A stretch of 64,000 nucleotides of DNA from Chara braunii (Eukaryota > Plantae > Charophyceae): positions 1,765,869 to 1,829,868 of the forward strand of contig BFEA01000040.1 of NCBI GenBank assembly GCA_003427395.1, read 5' to 3'. Shown piece after piece: positions 36,530 through 50,179 of the stretch; positions within the stretch are counted from its first letter, which is position 1; each line of letters opens with the position of its first letter. The translations under genes were made by a program, and so were the position numbers. A model generated the notes under the pieces. That model saw only the letters and a list, made by a program, of their open reading frames with translations. It was not told where the DNA came from and ran no database searches.

Positions 36530-37335
36530 GCAACATCATTTTGTTTTTCTCAAAATGCTTGCCATATTGCTTGTTCTCTGCATGTTCGAGGAGTTCTGCT
36601 TCCTAGCATACCCCACACCATGCAAGAAACGAAAGTCGGGCAACACCTGCATGCAGCTAAAGACATCGTTAGACCCCCCCAATCATGTTCTTGGAATCCG
36701 AAGACGAGTGCTAAGAAAATTTAGGATTTTCAATGTCTTGGTTAGAGTGATTCTAGCAGATCAGTCTTTAGGACTGACCCTAAGAACGATATCATTGGAA
36801 AAAAAAAAGAAGTTATGCTTCATGCTTTCAACCAATGGGGAACGCCACGATCCATATTCTTGGCTATTACCTCTCCACTATGTGTATGCCCTCCCTTGTT
36901 CTTGGAGTTTTTTCACATTTCCTTTCAACATATCGTCCTTAAGGATAGACGGAACGACGTCGCTATAATCGAAATCATGTCCCCAAAGAGTGTCTAACGA
37001 GGCCCTAATTAAAAAAAAAAAAAAACGTCTGCCAATGGAATGGAGCCCTTTCGTTCAGTTCACGCTTCCTATTACCTATGAAATCTTATTTATTTTCCCG
37101 ACCTTTCGATTTAAATGAAACCAATTGCCCAATCAATTGTCGCACAGTGCAGAGTATCGTACTCCTAGTTTAGTACTACTGCATTTGGGACATGATCGCT
37201 TACATCAAATGATTTATCTTTTGAAATGAAAATTATTGTATTAGTTTAACAAAAAAAAAAAGGTTTTGTCGGTTTGGCGGAATGTGAAATCACATCATTT
37301 TTTCTTTTTTTTTTCCTTTTGAGAAAAAAGTTCAG

Positions 37336-37455
37336 GTATCATCGCTAAACTGACTGGCCTTAGGGAATTGAGGAATTTTATTCTTGTAGTTCATATGGAT
37401 TCGAATGCAAGTCTGTATCTGATCAATTTATGGGTACACCAATTGAGGTAGGTGC
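37336..37455 (-). mobile_element. tRNA-derived SINE copy
   Basis: The reverse complement matches the 21535 copy (acctcaattggtgtacccat...attcgaatcc...ttcctcaattccc..ggccagtcagttt). Confidence 0.6.
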
Positions 37456-37460
37456 ATTCA

Positions 37461-37801
37461 ACTGCTATTTCGTCAAAATGGACGTCTTTTATTTTTTGAA
37501 CGAAATTGAAACGGAGTTTTTTTGCCGAAAACTCATCTAAATGTGTTACTTTTCAGGGTTCGGCATTTTTAAAACGATGTACCCCCCGGATGTATGTGGA
37601 CCAAGCTTGAGGTCAGATACATTCAGGCGGTCCCTCTTGAATGTATCTGGTCTCAAGCTAAGTCCATATGCATTCAGGGGGTCCAACGTTTTAAGAACAC
37701 AGGACCCTCAGGAGTACCAAATTTGAACGAGTTTTTGGCCCAAAAAGTCGCTTTCAATTTTGTTCAAAAATAAAAGATGTTCATTTTGACGAAATAGTAG
37801 T
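37461..37801. mobile_element. MITE/foldback element with ~80-bp TIRs
   Basis: actgctatttcgtcaaaatggacgtcttttatttttt.gaac pairs with gttcaaaaataaaagatgttcattttgacgaaatagtagt. Confidence 0.8.
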
Positions 37802-38149
37802 TATTGGTACATCACACTTTTTTACTGACATTGCCAGCCCTTCCTATTCCAGTCAACCGTGCCCCGAGGGTTGCAGCCTGTTGGAACAAGTAGCTCGAAA
37901 ATATATTGATGGTTCAACAGTCCAGCAGGTTGTTATTGTTCATTGCTTTTCATACTTGAGTCCAAGGACTGGTAGAAGGATGGTAAGGGTGGGTTGGTGG
38001 TCCTACTATAAAAGAAAATGTACTGCCCCTGTTCATTTTTCACGTCACACAACATGTCACTGATGAGAGTTAGAATGTGCTCCACTACCCTTCTTCGAGG
38101 GAATTTTCCAAAGAAAATAGGGCTTCAATGGCGAATTAACGTTTTTTTA

Positions 38150-39440
38150 ATACAATGAATCCGACATAGATGTTGACCTTTTTGTTCACCAAGTCAAAGC
38201 GCGTCAGACTCTAAGACTACCCATAAAACTCCTCAACTATTCTTAGACGTATAGACATCCTCATGGTTAATTAGCGCTTGGCTCCCAAATTCAGATGGAA
38301 TCACGCATATCAGTTGTCGTATGGCGATACCATCTTCCCATTATATCACCCATTGTGAACTTTCCATAACGAAAAGTGTTGCTCTATTGTAAGCAATGGG
38401 CCAATTATTGCACAAACGGTGCCCTCTCATTGGGGTTTCCAACGGGAAAATTGCGCTCGTGTTTTTCAACAGGACCACTATTGTGGTTCAATGCATAACA
38501 CCGTTTTCCAAATTGTGTCGAGGAAACAATTGCCCAAACATGTCAGGTTTTCATTTTGTTGGCCTCACACAAGTGGTTAACGGGGGTTGTTTGGTCTGCA
38601 ATTGTTGTTCGACAAAGACAGGAAAGTTTGGATATTTATGAGTATGAGTTCACAATGTTGCACTCCTTGAGGTACATGTGCATTGCGTATATGATACCCT
38701 TATGTTGGATGTAGGCACATAAGATGTGTTTATTGGTTTGACCAAATGCATAGTCGTAGAAGCTTTGCTTGCACTACGTACAAAGTATGAGGGTCTACTC
38801 CACTACTCTCGACTCTAAAAAATTTAAGAGTCCAGTATGACTCCTCTTACTCTCGACGTGGCTTCTAGAAGATCCCTTTGAGCACTGTTGAACATAATTT
38901 TTGAAAACCCATCGAGAGCAATATTGGTTGTTAGGGAGTGTCTAGTCTACAACTCTGTTCTTGCGAGGGTGGTCAACCATACCCTCAAAAAACCTCGAAA
39001 CTTTTAGAGTCAACCTTCAGTCCAGACCTAGCTGCCACACATTTTCTTTGTTTCCTTCGATTGGTCTCACTCTATGAGAAATTCAAGAATCAGACTTTTG
39101 AGAGTAGGCGGAGCAGACACCCGTTTTCCATTGGAACTTTTTTCAAGAGTGTGACAACTCTGAAAGTACCTTTGAGAATTTAGAATTTCGATTTCAAAGT
39201 AGTGGGGAGTAGGTCCATGATATTAGTTAACATAGCGAGGAGACCACTAAACCTCTCACTACGTTTTACGGTTTGTAAAAGGACCTGACACTTAAACCGC
39301 AAAGAACTAAGACACACCTTTTGTTCACAAAGTGATGCTTTGGGAGTCCCAATAAGACATAGGAGGCGTAATGGAACATGATGAGTCAATCAATTAGTGC
39401 GGAAAAACCTCGTTCGAAAGTTATCCCATCGGTGTGTGAA
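38150..39440 (-). pseudogene. Heavily decayed gypsy pol remnant
   Basis: Scattered motif echoes in PR-to-RT order (DN...RFF, LIGTP, F.YG...WV, LRSFMG); no open frame. Confidence 0.35.
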
Positions 39441-42409
39441 GCCCACACATAGGGACCAGGCACATGACGTAGACCCAGTCAACGATGACACTGGTCATCG
39501 ACCACCTTAGGAACTCCCCCTCATTAATGACGACTAGCTTCAACCGATTGCAATATCGACTTTTCATTTTTGCAAGTCGATGGCCTCACCCCTTCACGTT
39601 CCAATTGATGTTGATTCCTCTCCACTCTTCCACTCGCCGACTAGTCTATCGCTCTGTTGTTTTTTACGTCCTCTGTTGTGATGCATGTGTGGTCGAAGGG
39701 TCGAGCGTATGTGTGAACTGCATAGAGAGAGAAGGAGAACACACACTTAAAAAAAAAAAAAAAAAATCAGGAGACAACCTTGTCGTTCAGCCTGACCAAG
39801 ACCACACTAAAATACAACAGTTTGGACCAGTTGGGGTACTGCTACACAATCCTCGAACCTGTAAATGGATTGAGTAATACATCAAAGACACACTATGTGC
39901 AAACCAAAACCTTCAAAAAAAAAAGTCATATCCTACACTCGAAGCAAGCTTCATGTTGAAAATATGCGATGCAAGTTAAAGCAAGCATATGAACAATGAG
40001 TTATGTCCGACTTGTGTCGTCCAAAAAAATAAAAAAATAAAAAATATATATAATTCCAGTTAGCCGAAAAAACAACGAAATATATCACCCAAGTTAGCAA
40101 CGGTAAGAAAATGTTTGACCTAGGTTGATAAAAATAAAATAAAAAATGTTGTGTAATGAGGTCAACCTGATGAAAAAATAGTTGTTAGAACGACCTTTAT
40201 GAGAAAAAATAAAGTAAAAAAAAAATCCTAGGTCTACAAAAGAAGTTGTCACCAACTCACATGTCATATTCAATTATGCTCAATACCCCAACTAAATAAA
40301 ATAAGTAGTTTAATTGCATAATAAACATAGGGATTGTCTTGGGGAGGGCAAATACAATGCTAAAAACTAAAGCTCAAAGGGGGCAACCATATGGTAACGA
40401 CTCAAAAATACGCATCAATATCAATGTTAAGAAAAAATAAAACAATATTGGAGCTCAATGGTAAATTATCAAGGCGGGTAACGACCATAAACAGTGAGGT
40501 GATTATACGAAAATAAAGAAAATAAAAGAGAGGACTATGTCGATATCGACTAATGGTCAAATATGTGTGATAAATGAGCAATACACTCCAAAAAAATTGC
40601 AACGGTAAGGCAGAACTTTAACCATGACATGTCATGCCAAGTTGAGAGAGTTCATATCAGACGAATGCGCCAGGTAATGCAAAAAAATAAACCAATGTGC
40701 AAAAGAAGGAAGGAAATTGAGCATGTCCATTGAGCCATCTTAGTAATAAGGTTAGAAAAAGTCTATTAACTTGTTACTGAGATATTTGAGTAGTTAAACC
40801 GAAGACGTTGAAAAACAAAATAGCATAATACTCAAATGCTAAAGACGAATAGATGATGTGCAAGTGACCGAAGTGAACAAAAAATTATTGCAATGTGATA
40901 TCCAGAAGCAAAATGATCAATTAAGAGTGAGAAGGAAATAAATCTCAATCAATATAACGACAAGGAAATTAACAGTAAAGTTGGAGGCTATTATAGTAAT
41001 TTATTGATATTGATAAAGTTACATTTGCAAGAAAAAGAATATCTTGGGAAAAAACTTGAGTTCAAATATATCCATCAATAGGGTAAACGTAAAAGACGTA
41101 AGGTTAGAAGTCGTAGAGGAGGAAGAATTGTAAGTTCGAATATAAGAAGTGGATGACAAAGAGAAACTAGAATGGAGACCAACACAATCGTAACCATAAA
41201 ATACTCAATGGTGTGTGTCAAGTACACGAGCACGAGGATAAGCAAAAAATTCAAAATGTGCATGAAATGCTAAAACAGTTCCTAAGTATATTTCTCATTG
41301 TGATAGGTCCTCAAATGCACAAAGTAATAAATTATAGAATGTTATCATTTGCAATGCATGGAAAACATGATAAGAGGTAGTAAACTTTTTATGGTCGTCG
41401 ACCAAAATAAATATACAAACAGAAATTGGTCATTCGTGAAACATATCCAAAGAACAGTGTAAGGTTGCATGAACAACACATTAAACACACAACTAAAATT
41501 TAGGTCAAATTAGGTGATACAACTAAGTTTGTAACTTCTATTTGGACCTTAAAGAGAAACTTTGATTAGGTTAAATGACAAAGAGAATTGTGCAATGTTT
41601 AAAATTTTGAAGTATATATTCAATTCGAGCTAGAAATTATGAGTGTTTATAAAGACGTCGTGACCAACCTTGAAGAGATGATCCATTAGAAAGAAGTTGG
41701 CCCGAGCGGTCATGTGTATGTGGGAAACAATGATGCTAGTACGAGTGTCTTTATGATTTCAATCATTTTTATAACTTAGTTATTAAGTATAACACATTGG
41801 TATTTGAGTAAAGTTATGATGGTAAAAGGAAGTTAGCAGAAATGCGATCATAAAACAGAGCTCGCAGTAATAAAGATACATTTTGTGGTTAGGGAAAAAA
41901 CATGTTTGTAGACAATCCGTCTGCCGTAAATGCAAGTCCTAATTACTGTCATATTTAAAATATTTTTTGAAAATATTCCTTACAGTCTTGTTGGTGGTTG
42001 CAGACTAACCGTCGATTAAAAATGGTAAGAAACGAAAAAATGGATTTCATAATAATACAACTCATACAAAAAATGCATAACCATGTTGATGAAACAAAGG
42101 TCATGATGAGAAACAACATTCCATGTAAACCCATGGAGAACTATTACGCATTGGAATTTAAGATTCAAAATGTCCTTGGTATAACTAAAATACCATGCCT
42201 GAAAACGCATGGAATAAAGTGTGCGTGCTTCATCGGCTGACAAACAAAGACAGAGATTGCATTGTGATTATAAGTGGTAGGAGGATGGAAAAGACTAATG
42301 AAGTCCAAAGACCACTTAAACACGATGTTATTAAGCTCTTTCAACAGAAAAATCCCTACAAGAAATAGAACATGAAAAAACATTCCATTAATATATATTT
42401 ATATATATA

Positions 42410-43214
42410 CAAGGTAACCGACGTTCGGGACGGGCCGAACGCCCGAACCCGAATGCCCGAACCCGAACGCCCGAACCCGAACGCCCGAACCCGAACGCCC
42501 GAACCCGAACGCCCGAACCCGAACGCCCGAACGTATGGGATCCCTTAGGGATGCGTTCGGCCGTTCAGGCCGAATGCGGACCAAAAAAAAAAAGAAAAAA
42601 AAAAAAAATCTGAAAAAAAGATATGTTATGAAGAATAATAAATTGAAAAAGATTTGCTCGAGCTTTACATCCAAATTCATTACCAAATTTGAAATAAAAA
42701 TAAAATACAGAGAATAAATACTAATAAAATAAATAAATAAATAAATAAATCTAGTGAGTGCGTGAGCACGTTTTCGACACCGCCATCTTTGGCGATATTT
42801 CATTTTTTTGGGCATAGCTAAATGCCCTGAAAATTTACAGATCTTTACTTCACATCATGCAAAACCCACTAAAAACGTTTCAAAAAATAATAAAATTGTT
42901 TAGACCCCAAACTAAAGTGAAAACAAAAACTAAAAAGTGAAAAAAAATGTGGGCGAGCATATTTTGACACCGTCATCTTTGGCGATTTTTAATTCCTATT
43001 CGGTTGAGCCAAATGACTTGAAAATTTATAGGCATACACCTCCTGTCATAGAGAATGCACAAAAAACATTCAAAAAAAAAATAAAAATTAGGCCCCGAAA
43101 TAATTTTTGGCGGGGGCCGAACGCCGCCAGGTTCAGACCCCGTACAGGACCCCGAACGCCCGTAAGTACGGAGGTCGGCCCGGGGACCTCCATACTTACG
43201 GGCTGGTGACCCTG
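42410..43214. mobile_element. Non-autonomous hAT-like element
   Basis: TIR caaggtaacc / ggtgaccctg; 8-bp TSD tatatata (low complexity); CCCGAAC subterminal array. Confidence 0.7.
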
Positions 43215-43883
43215 TATATATATATTAAAAATATTTCTACACTAAAAATAAATCTTTCAATTTTATGTTTTTTGTTTTATTTGACAAGTTTCTGTCTAAA
43301 AAGAGTTTTCAATGTCAATTAAAACAGTATATTGAAAATGGAAGTCGAAGAGTTCATAAAATTTTCTAATTAGACTTTTATTATACTATGATATATTTAT
43401 TATAGTATAAATTCAAATTCCTTTTTTTTACTTGCATATCTTAAAACAAAATGATAGTCTAATTGAAATATTTTATGAATTTATCGAGGTTTTCAATTCA
43501 AACTATAAAGGAAACCCCGTTCTCGGAATGAAACTTTTCAAGTAAGGTGTAAATATTTAAATAATTGAACGACATTGTTTAAAATGAAATTATAATTTTA
43601 ATTATAAAATAAAATTTAAATCATTATTTTTTTATTATGCAAGAATTTTAAATTATAAAAAATGTTTACTTTATGATAAAATTTAAAAGCACGTATGTAA
43701 TCTCATACGCGCACACACACACACACACATAAATACAGACACATACATAGCGATGGTTTGTGTTCTTTTATGTGTTAAGGACATTGACGAAAATATATCT
43801 AAATGTGCCCATCTCTGCTATTGAAGCATAAAGGACAGGAATGAGAATCACCATTACCATTTTGGGCGTTATCAAATAATAAA

Positions 43884-44254
43884 TTGTGTAGCACATCGAA
43901 CATGTTCGGAGCTTTTCCGAATGTCCGAACATGTTCGGGTGTTCGACCGAACATATTAAAAAGAAAAAGAAAAAAAAACCTTTTTTTTTTTTTTNNNNNN
44001 NNNNNNNNNNNNNNNNNNNNNNNNNNNNNNNNNNNNNNNNNNNNNNNNNNCTTTTTTTTTTTTTTTTTTTTTTTTTTTGACTCAAGTTTGGTTACGAATT
44101 GAAGCATACCTCCAAGGAAAAAATTGTTTGTATTATTATTTTACATAACATATATTTTTTTCGGATGTTCGCTTTCGGAGAGTTTTGGAGTTCGTTCGCG
44201 TTCGGTCCCAAACGTTTGGGTTCGGTCACCGAACCCGAACACGATGCTACACAG
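43884..44254. mobile_element. Non-autonomous hAT-like element
   Basis: TIR ttgtgtagca / tgctacacag; exact 8-bp TSD ataataaa; CCGAAC/GTTCGG subterminal repeats. Confidence 0.8.
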
Positions 44255-44875
44255 ATAATAAAATGAGCGTGATCATTCCGTAAAGGTAGAACTCGTCAAT
44301 TGGAAAAGAGTGGAATGCGAAGTATAAAATCCTCCATGCAACGCAATAGTTGATTGCGGATCCTCACTTGTTGCTGTATATTTGCGACCAATCAGTGAAA
44401 TGGGATGAGTATCTAGTAATATACTTATGACCAAGGGTGAGGGTTTACATCACAGTTGAGGAAGGAAAAATCTGCATAATCGGATCGAGTTCATCTTTTC
44501 TATGATGTTCATGTTTCGCATGTGCCTAATTATCATATATTGATTGGGCTGCCTTGGATTATGGCCTTAAGTGTGTGATTGCATGTTGGTATGTGAGAGT
44601 TGATCATCACTGGCACAAGAGGGAAACCTCAGACCCTCACTCTTAAATTTTTTTTTTTTTTTTTTTTTTAAACCCCTTGTCTGTGAAGTACAAGCAATTA
44701 ATAGACATTCATGCAAATGATAGCCTTAAATGACAAGCAAGAAACAACTAGAGAGGGATCCAAAATTATCCTCAATGAATGAGCCTGCATGATGCTTGTT
44801 CTTGAAACCCATGGATCAACGATTCGTATTGCTATTTGGTCCTCATTTGATGGGGGATCATTTGCTTTTGTTTAA

Positions 44876-45032
44876 ACCACCAGTACACGGCCCCAACCTT
44901 GCTAAATGAAACTCGTCACCTAGTCCAAAACGTTTGGGTCCAGCGTGTCGTTGATAAAAGACATGAGTGACCAGCGTCGGGTTTCGGCCTCCGAAAGGGG
45001 CCCGCGGTCGATGTATGGTGTGTACTGATGGT
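44876..45032. mobile_element. TTAA-MITE (157 bp), core motif in reverse orientation
   Basis: ttaa|accaccagtacac ... gtgtactgatggt|ttga; gttgataaa...gtttcggcctcc. Confidence 0.75.
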
Positions 45033-45459
45033 TTGAGAGACGATTGATGCCTTGGATTCCCTTCCACCCTTTACTGATCAACCTTGTCATAGCCGACTTC
45101 ATGCAGTGAGATGAAGGGGTATTCTAATTTCTCTGATCTCTCACCACGTCGAATTCTCACGAACTCAAAAATAACTGGGATGATCACAGTGGGAAGAGAG
45201 GCACCAATCCCGGACACTATTGAAATTAAGGTGGCAGAAGCCAAGACGGATTGTGGAGAGGCGGATACCAAAATTGTGAGGTTGATATCAAAATTTTGAG
45301 TATACTTCGGATACTGCTTATAACAATTGTGTTTTTATACGGGGCCAAAGACTCCTTTTTTGTTGGGTCATCTTGCCTCTTTTTGTCCTCGGTGTTCTGG
45401 TTTCTTCTGGCTTCATTGTACCGATCAAGAATTTGAGATGCGTATTCCTACATCTTTAA

Positions 45460-45613
45460 ACCAGCAGTCCTTCCCAAACACGCAGCTCGTTAATGGCCGC
45501 GACTTTCGGGATAAACGCACCCGGGCTGCTAGAATAAATTCAGTCAAGTGGAAACATCGTTTTTTCTTTTGGCTGACCGTTACCCAGGCGCAATTTTTTA
45601 AAGCACCAGTGGT
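45460..45613. mobile_element. Degenerate TTAA-MITE (154 bp)
   Basis: ttaa|accagcagtcc ... gcaccagtggt|ttaa. Confidence 0.55.
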
Positions 45614-46369
45614 TTAAGGTTGGAGATTCAACTAATAGTTGGAGTTGTATTGAGGATATATTTGGGTGCAATTGGTATATGATATTATGTAGCACGGATA
45701 TTGAGTTGACTTATATAATCGAGCATGAGATTCAGTGACATACAGAAGAATGTCCGCTCATTCATAGCACACCTAATTGACATGATCAAACGAAGGACAA
45801 CTTGCGCTCTTCATCTTTGAATTCAAATATGAAACGAACGGTCGAATGGAGCCTGAAACAGGACCATGACGTTTCCAATGGTCTTGTTATGAAAAAGAAT
45901 GAATCATTCCGAATATGCATTAACTATTTAAGATTGAATGATATCACGATCAAGGATGTGTATCAATAGGAAGGATGTCGCAAAATAGAGCGTAGTGCCA
46001 AAAGTCAATTAGATGCGAAGATGAATAATCACACCACGGGCAGAGATGGATGAGAGAGCCGAGGAAGAGAAAGAAAGAGAAAAGGAAACAGAAATGGAGA
46101 AAGAGAAGAAGGCAACACACCAAGCCATAGGAACTAAGTACTCACAAAACATCAGGCACGTGAATTGAAAAAATGCGTCACAATGGTCCATGTCATGCTG
46201 GCGAAATCCCTACCATCGTTTCAATGGTCTGCCACTCACCGTACCATGAGGGGATGCGCATCCTTTTTTTTTTGGATCAAGGATTGTGTATCCCTTTTTT
46301 TTTTTTTTTTTGCAATCAAGGATGCGCATCCTTGATCGCAATATCATTAAAAAAAAAGATCAAACATGT

Positions 46370-46980
46370 GTTTCCTTGTCCCCTGATTGATGGACAGCAA
46401 AATGCAATTGGATGTGCAAAAATGTTTAGTAAGACTGATGTTCGTCCATAGATTTTATGATTTTTATCATATCCCTGTCGGCTTGCAAGGTTGGCGCAAC
46501 AAATTTTGCAACGTCATGTTCATGGCATGCTGAAACATGGTTGGTGCATTGCAATTGCCCATAGGGTATTGAACCCATCGCCATGAACCGAAAACTGCTT
46601 TTGTGCACATGGCAATGGGTTCAATACCCTATCGGGAATTGCAATGCAACAACCATGTTTCAGCGTACCATGAACATGACGTTGCAAAATTTGTTGCGCC
46701 AACCACAACTGGCATAAAGCATGATTAACTATTGAAAATGTGTGATTGTTGAGATGGGAGGTATGTTGTATTGAACACTGCGACATGCAGGGTTCCAAAT
46801 CTTCGTTGAAAGAAGCGCGTTGTTCCATACAGAAATCAATTTTCTCAAATATGTAGTGACAGATGAAGGTTTGAAGCCAGATCCACGTAAGGTGGAAGCA
46901 GTGTGTGACATGTCCCACCTCCTTGAAACAAGCTCAATCCTCTTTTGGGCAAGCATCGTACTACCATAGATCTATATGCC
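46370..46980 (+). pseudogene. Gypsy RT fragment interrupted by a hairpin element
   Basis: PLID...IGCAKMFSKTDV before the insert; INFLKYVVTDEGLKPDPRKVEAV...ASYY after it. Confidence 0.7.
46489..46704. mobile_element. 216-bp near-perfect hairpin MITE
   Basis: ~97-bp arms beginning ggttggcgcaacaaattttgcaacgtcatgttcatgg, around a ~22-nt loop. Confidence 0.9.
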
Positions 46981-48331
46981 CTTATCGGGTGCCAGCTTGA
47001 CTCGTCGATGACCAGGTTCATTAGACAGAGTTAAGCAACAATTATATGTGCGTGCCATGAAGACCGCACGCAAGAAGAGCATTCGATGAATATCCGATCT
47101 CTGAGGGGCATATGCCAAAATCACCTGTAGGGACATCCGACAATTTGGGAATTCTAAATTGTCAACAACCCCCCATGTTTTCATTTCTTTAACCATAAGT
47201 CCCCAGGAAGCACCCCGTTCGTTCATAATCTCTCCAAAGTTGTATCTGGTCATTATTTGGGCTCCGACTGCGATGCCATTTGGAAACAGCGCTGGTGCGC
47301 CCTCCTTTCATGAGCCCTACCTGGAAGTGGACATAAACAAATCCACGACTGCAGAATTGTCGATTCACTTTCCCCCCGGGCGTTCTACCAGGAAGTAGCA
47401 AAAATAATTCACGATTTCTCCCGACTGGAAGAGGGAAACTCCGTGGGTCCTCCTATGTGTTACTTTATCCAACCCCTCTTTCCCCATCGTCCCGCCCCCC
47501 CTACCCCCCACCTTCCGTTCCCTTTCTTTGCCGTTTATATTTTATTTCATTGTCCCCGTTAACAAGCAAACATCACAGACTGAGTAAACACACTGCAGTC
47601 GAATCACTGGCGGCATCCAGAGATTGCATAGTAGTATCCAATGAAGACACACCTGTAATGGAAGTATATTTTCCGTGAAAAACTGGTAGTTATCACAGTT
47701 GATGGTTCCCCATTGCCAATATGGCCACACGGTCCCAACCTTGGGATTAAAACGGCACCTAAAAAAAAAAAGGAAAAAAAAACGACAACTCACACTGTTT
47801 GCTGGTTTCTGTCAGTGCAGATGCCCTTTTGCCCTTTGCCAAGTGCATGGATTAATAAATGCATCATAGCAAGGTATGCAGAGACATGGACAATGGTTTT
47901 CAGACCACTGAAGTCTGGGCTTTGCTTGGGCCGGAGAGCCTTGCTCAACTCGAGAACTGTAGTAACTTTTTGTAAGGGACGTTGAGTGGCTTGGGCCCGT
48001 TTCCCGGTCTGATAAAAGAGAGTGTTTTTTTTTTCCTTTCAATTTTTAAAGACGCGACACCTCACAGCGACGACCATAAGTTGTACCTTCACATTGAAGG
48101 TATTTCAAACATTCCTGTCTATGATTGGCAACAACACAACTGGCTTTTGGAGGACTAGACACTCACTCACTACTGCCTCCCCAAATCCAGCTTGGGCAAG
48201 CTCAAATGCCATCCATCCTCATCCCAACACCATATGCATTGTTCATCTGCCAAGGTTTAGGGTATTGGATCAAACCTATTTCAAACATTCCTCTCTATGA
48301 TTGACAACAACAGAACTGGCTTTTCAAGGAC

Positions 48332-50179
48332 TACCTTCTTCTCCGTAACATAACACATAAGGAATGAGGAATTGGACAAGGCCCACCCGCTCCCCCAGCT
48401 CCTTAGGATGAAGGTAGTGGACGATCCGAAGGAAGGCCTCTTCCTCTGTGAACCGTCACACCCCTCTCCTCCTGTTGGCATTCGACCCGACTGAATGGGA
48501 ATGGACAGGGGGAGATTCACACCCAACCTTCCTTTGGCAATACACTGTCAAAAACGGGTACAGGAGGAGCCGAAAAAATGTTCCGGTTATGGACAGCATC
48601 ATCAACAGATGGGAGAGGGACTTCCCTCTAACAAAACAAGACCTACAAGACCTCAATTTGTCCTCCTACGCAAGTCTGAAACCAACAAATCACAGAGCCT
48701 TGCAGTGGCAGATTATCCACAGGTGTCTTCCGACACCGGATTGGTTGACCTCGAGGACTGACCTCGAGGAAAGACGGGAGCTCTCCCCCATATGCACATA
48801 CTGTTACCCATTCCCTTCCTAGGAAGAGGGCCACCCTGGAGCACTGCTTGCTGGAGTGCCCAATGGTTGTCCAACTTTGGAGTTGGTGGGACGCCGCCTG
48901 GCATTATTTAACAGACGAACATCTGCTGTGGAACACCCGCACCCTATTGCTGGGAGGCGTTTCATGGACGCCCTTCATGGCCAACCTCTTCTCCTACACC
49001 AGGTTGACAATCCTTATGCAGGCCTGGAGAATGCGTTGCTCGTTTCAAAGGAATCAGCGCACGTTCGGTGTCATGCAGGTACGAATAGCAATAATTGACT
49101 CAATCATGGCCAAGACACAGCAAGCCCACAAGGAGCTAGGGGAGATGCTAAAAAGTGAACAGGATCAAACTAAAAAACAGGATCTCATTGACAACTTCGC
49201 CCTCATATGGACTGACAAACGGAACAGGCTCTGCAGCTTGGACCGGCAGAATCATCTGCAATGGCAACCCTGGCCAACAACAGAGCGGCAGTGGGAATGC
49301 TTGCCGCAGTCTCACTTCCGGGTGGACCACCAAATGACAAACTTTGTTCTTGTACCACAATGAAGCCCAGACAATCACCCTTCCTAGCCCCTCCCTGCCC
49401 TCTCTTATGCCTGCAACCCATAACACCCACTCTTGTGCCACCCCTCCACTCACTTCGCCCGCCACCTCATGCGCTCAACACACATCCTCCTCCATAACCT
49501 GCTCCTTCCCCCCCACCACCCTCACCCACCCTCTGCCGGTCAAGGATGGGTCTCTCAGGCCAAGTCAAGGGCACAGCCGGGGAGAGAGAGAAAAGGGCTA
49601 TACCAGTAAAAGAGCGAAAGAGGGAGACAAGATCAAAACTCCCCCGGAATGGGAGGGCTAATTATGCAAGGCGGATAGGTTGAACTGAGGACTTTACACA
49701 CAATCACGCACTCAAATAGCTGCTGGGGCATCCACGTTTACTGTTGATAACAGTAGGCGGCCATATATGTTAGTATCTTTCGCCACACATAACTTTACGT
49801 AGGTGATCCTAGGGGTTCACAGATACATTTCTTGCATGTTCCACCATGCAAACAGCCACAATTGTTCAGGGACGCTGGACCCGGTTTCCAGCAGGTGCTG
49901 CTCCCCACCAATAGATAGGGCCTCCCCGACGGTGGTAGTGGTGTCTGCTTGCATCAGCACCCCTAGCAACTGCTTGGGTTGTTTTCCAAAAAAAAAAAAA
50001 CATAACGCGTATGCGCTGTAAACGAATACAACGCATATGGTACGTTCTATTCGAATAGAACGCATATGCGTTCTATTCGAATAGCCCGAATACAATGCAT
50101 ATGTGTTCTATTCAATTGTTTTTCAAATTTGAAAACTCGAATACAACGCATATCCGTTATGTTCGGGGGAAGAAGGTGG
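48332..50179. mobile_element. pogo-type MITE split by nested insertions
   Basis: Left TIR taccttcttctccgtaacataac; right TIR gttatgttcgggggaagaaggtg; sits at a TA in the second copy of a 177-bp tandem unit. Confidence 0.6.
48370..49400 (+). pseudogene. L1/Tx1-type LINE ORF2 3' end (zf-RVT and CCHC region), frameshifted, 5' truncated
   Basis: WEW...YTVKNGYR; LQWQIIHRCLPT; CTYC...[frameshift]TLEHCLLECP..VQLW. Confidence 0.8.
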
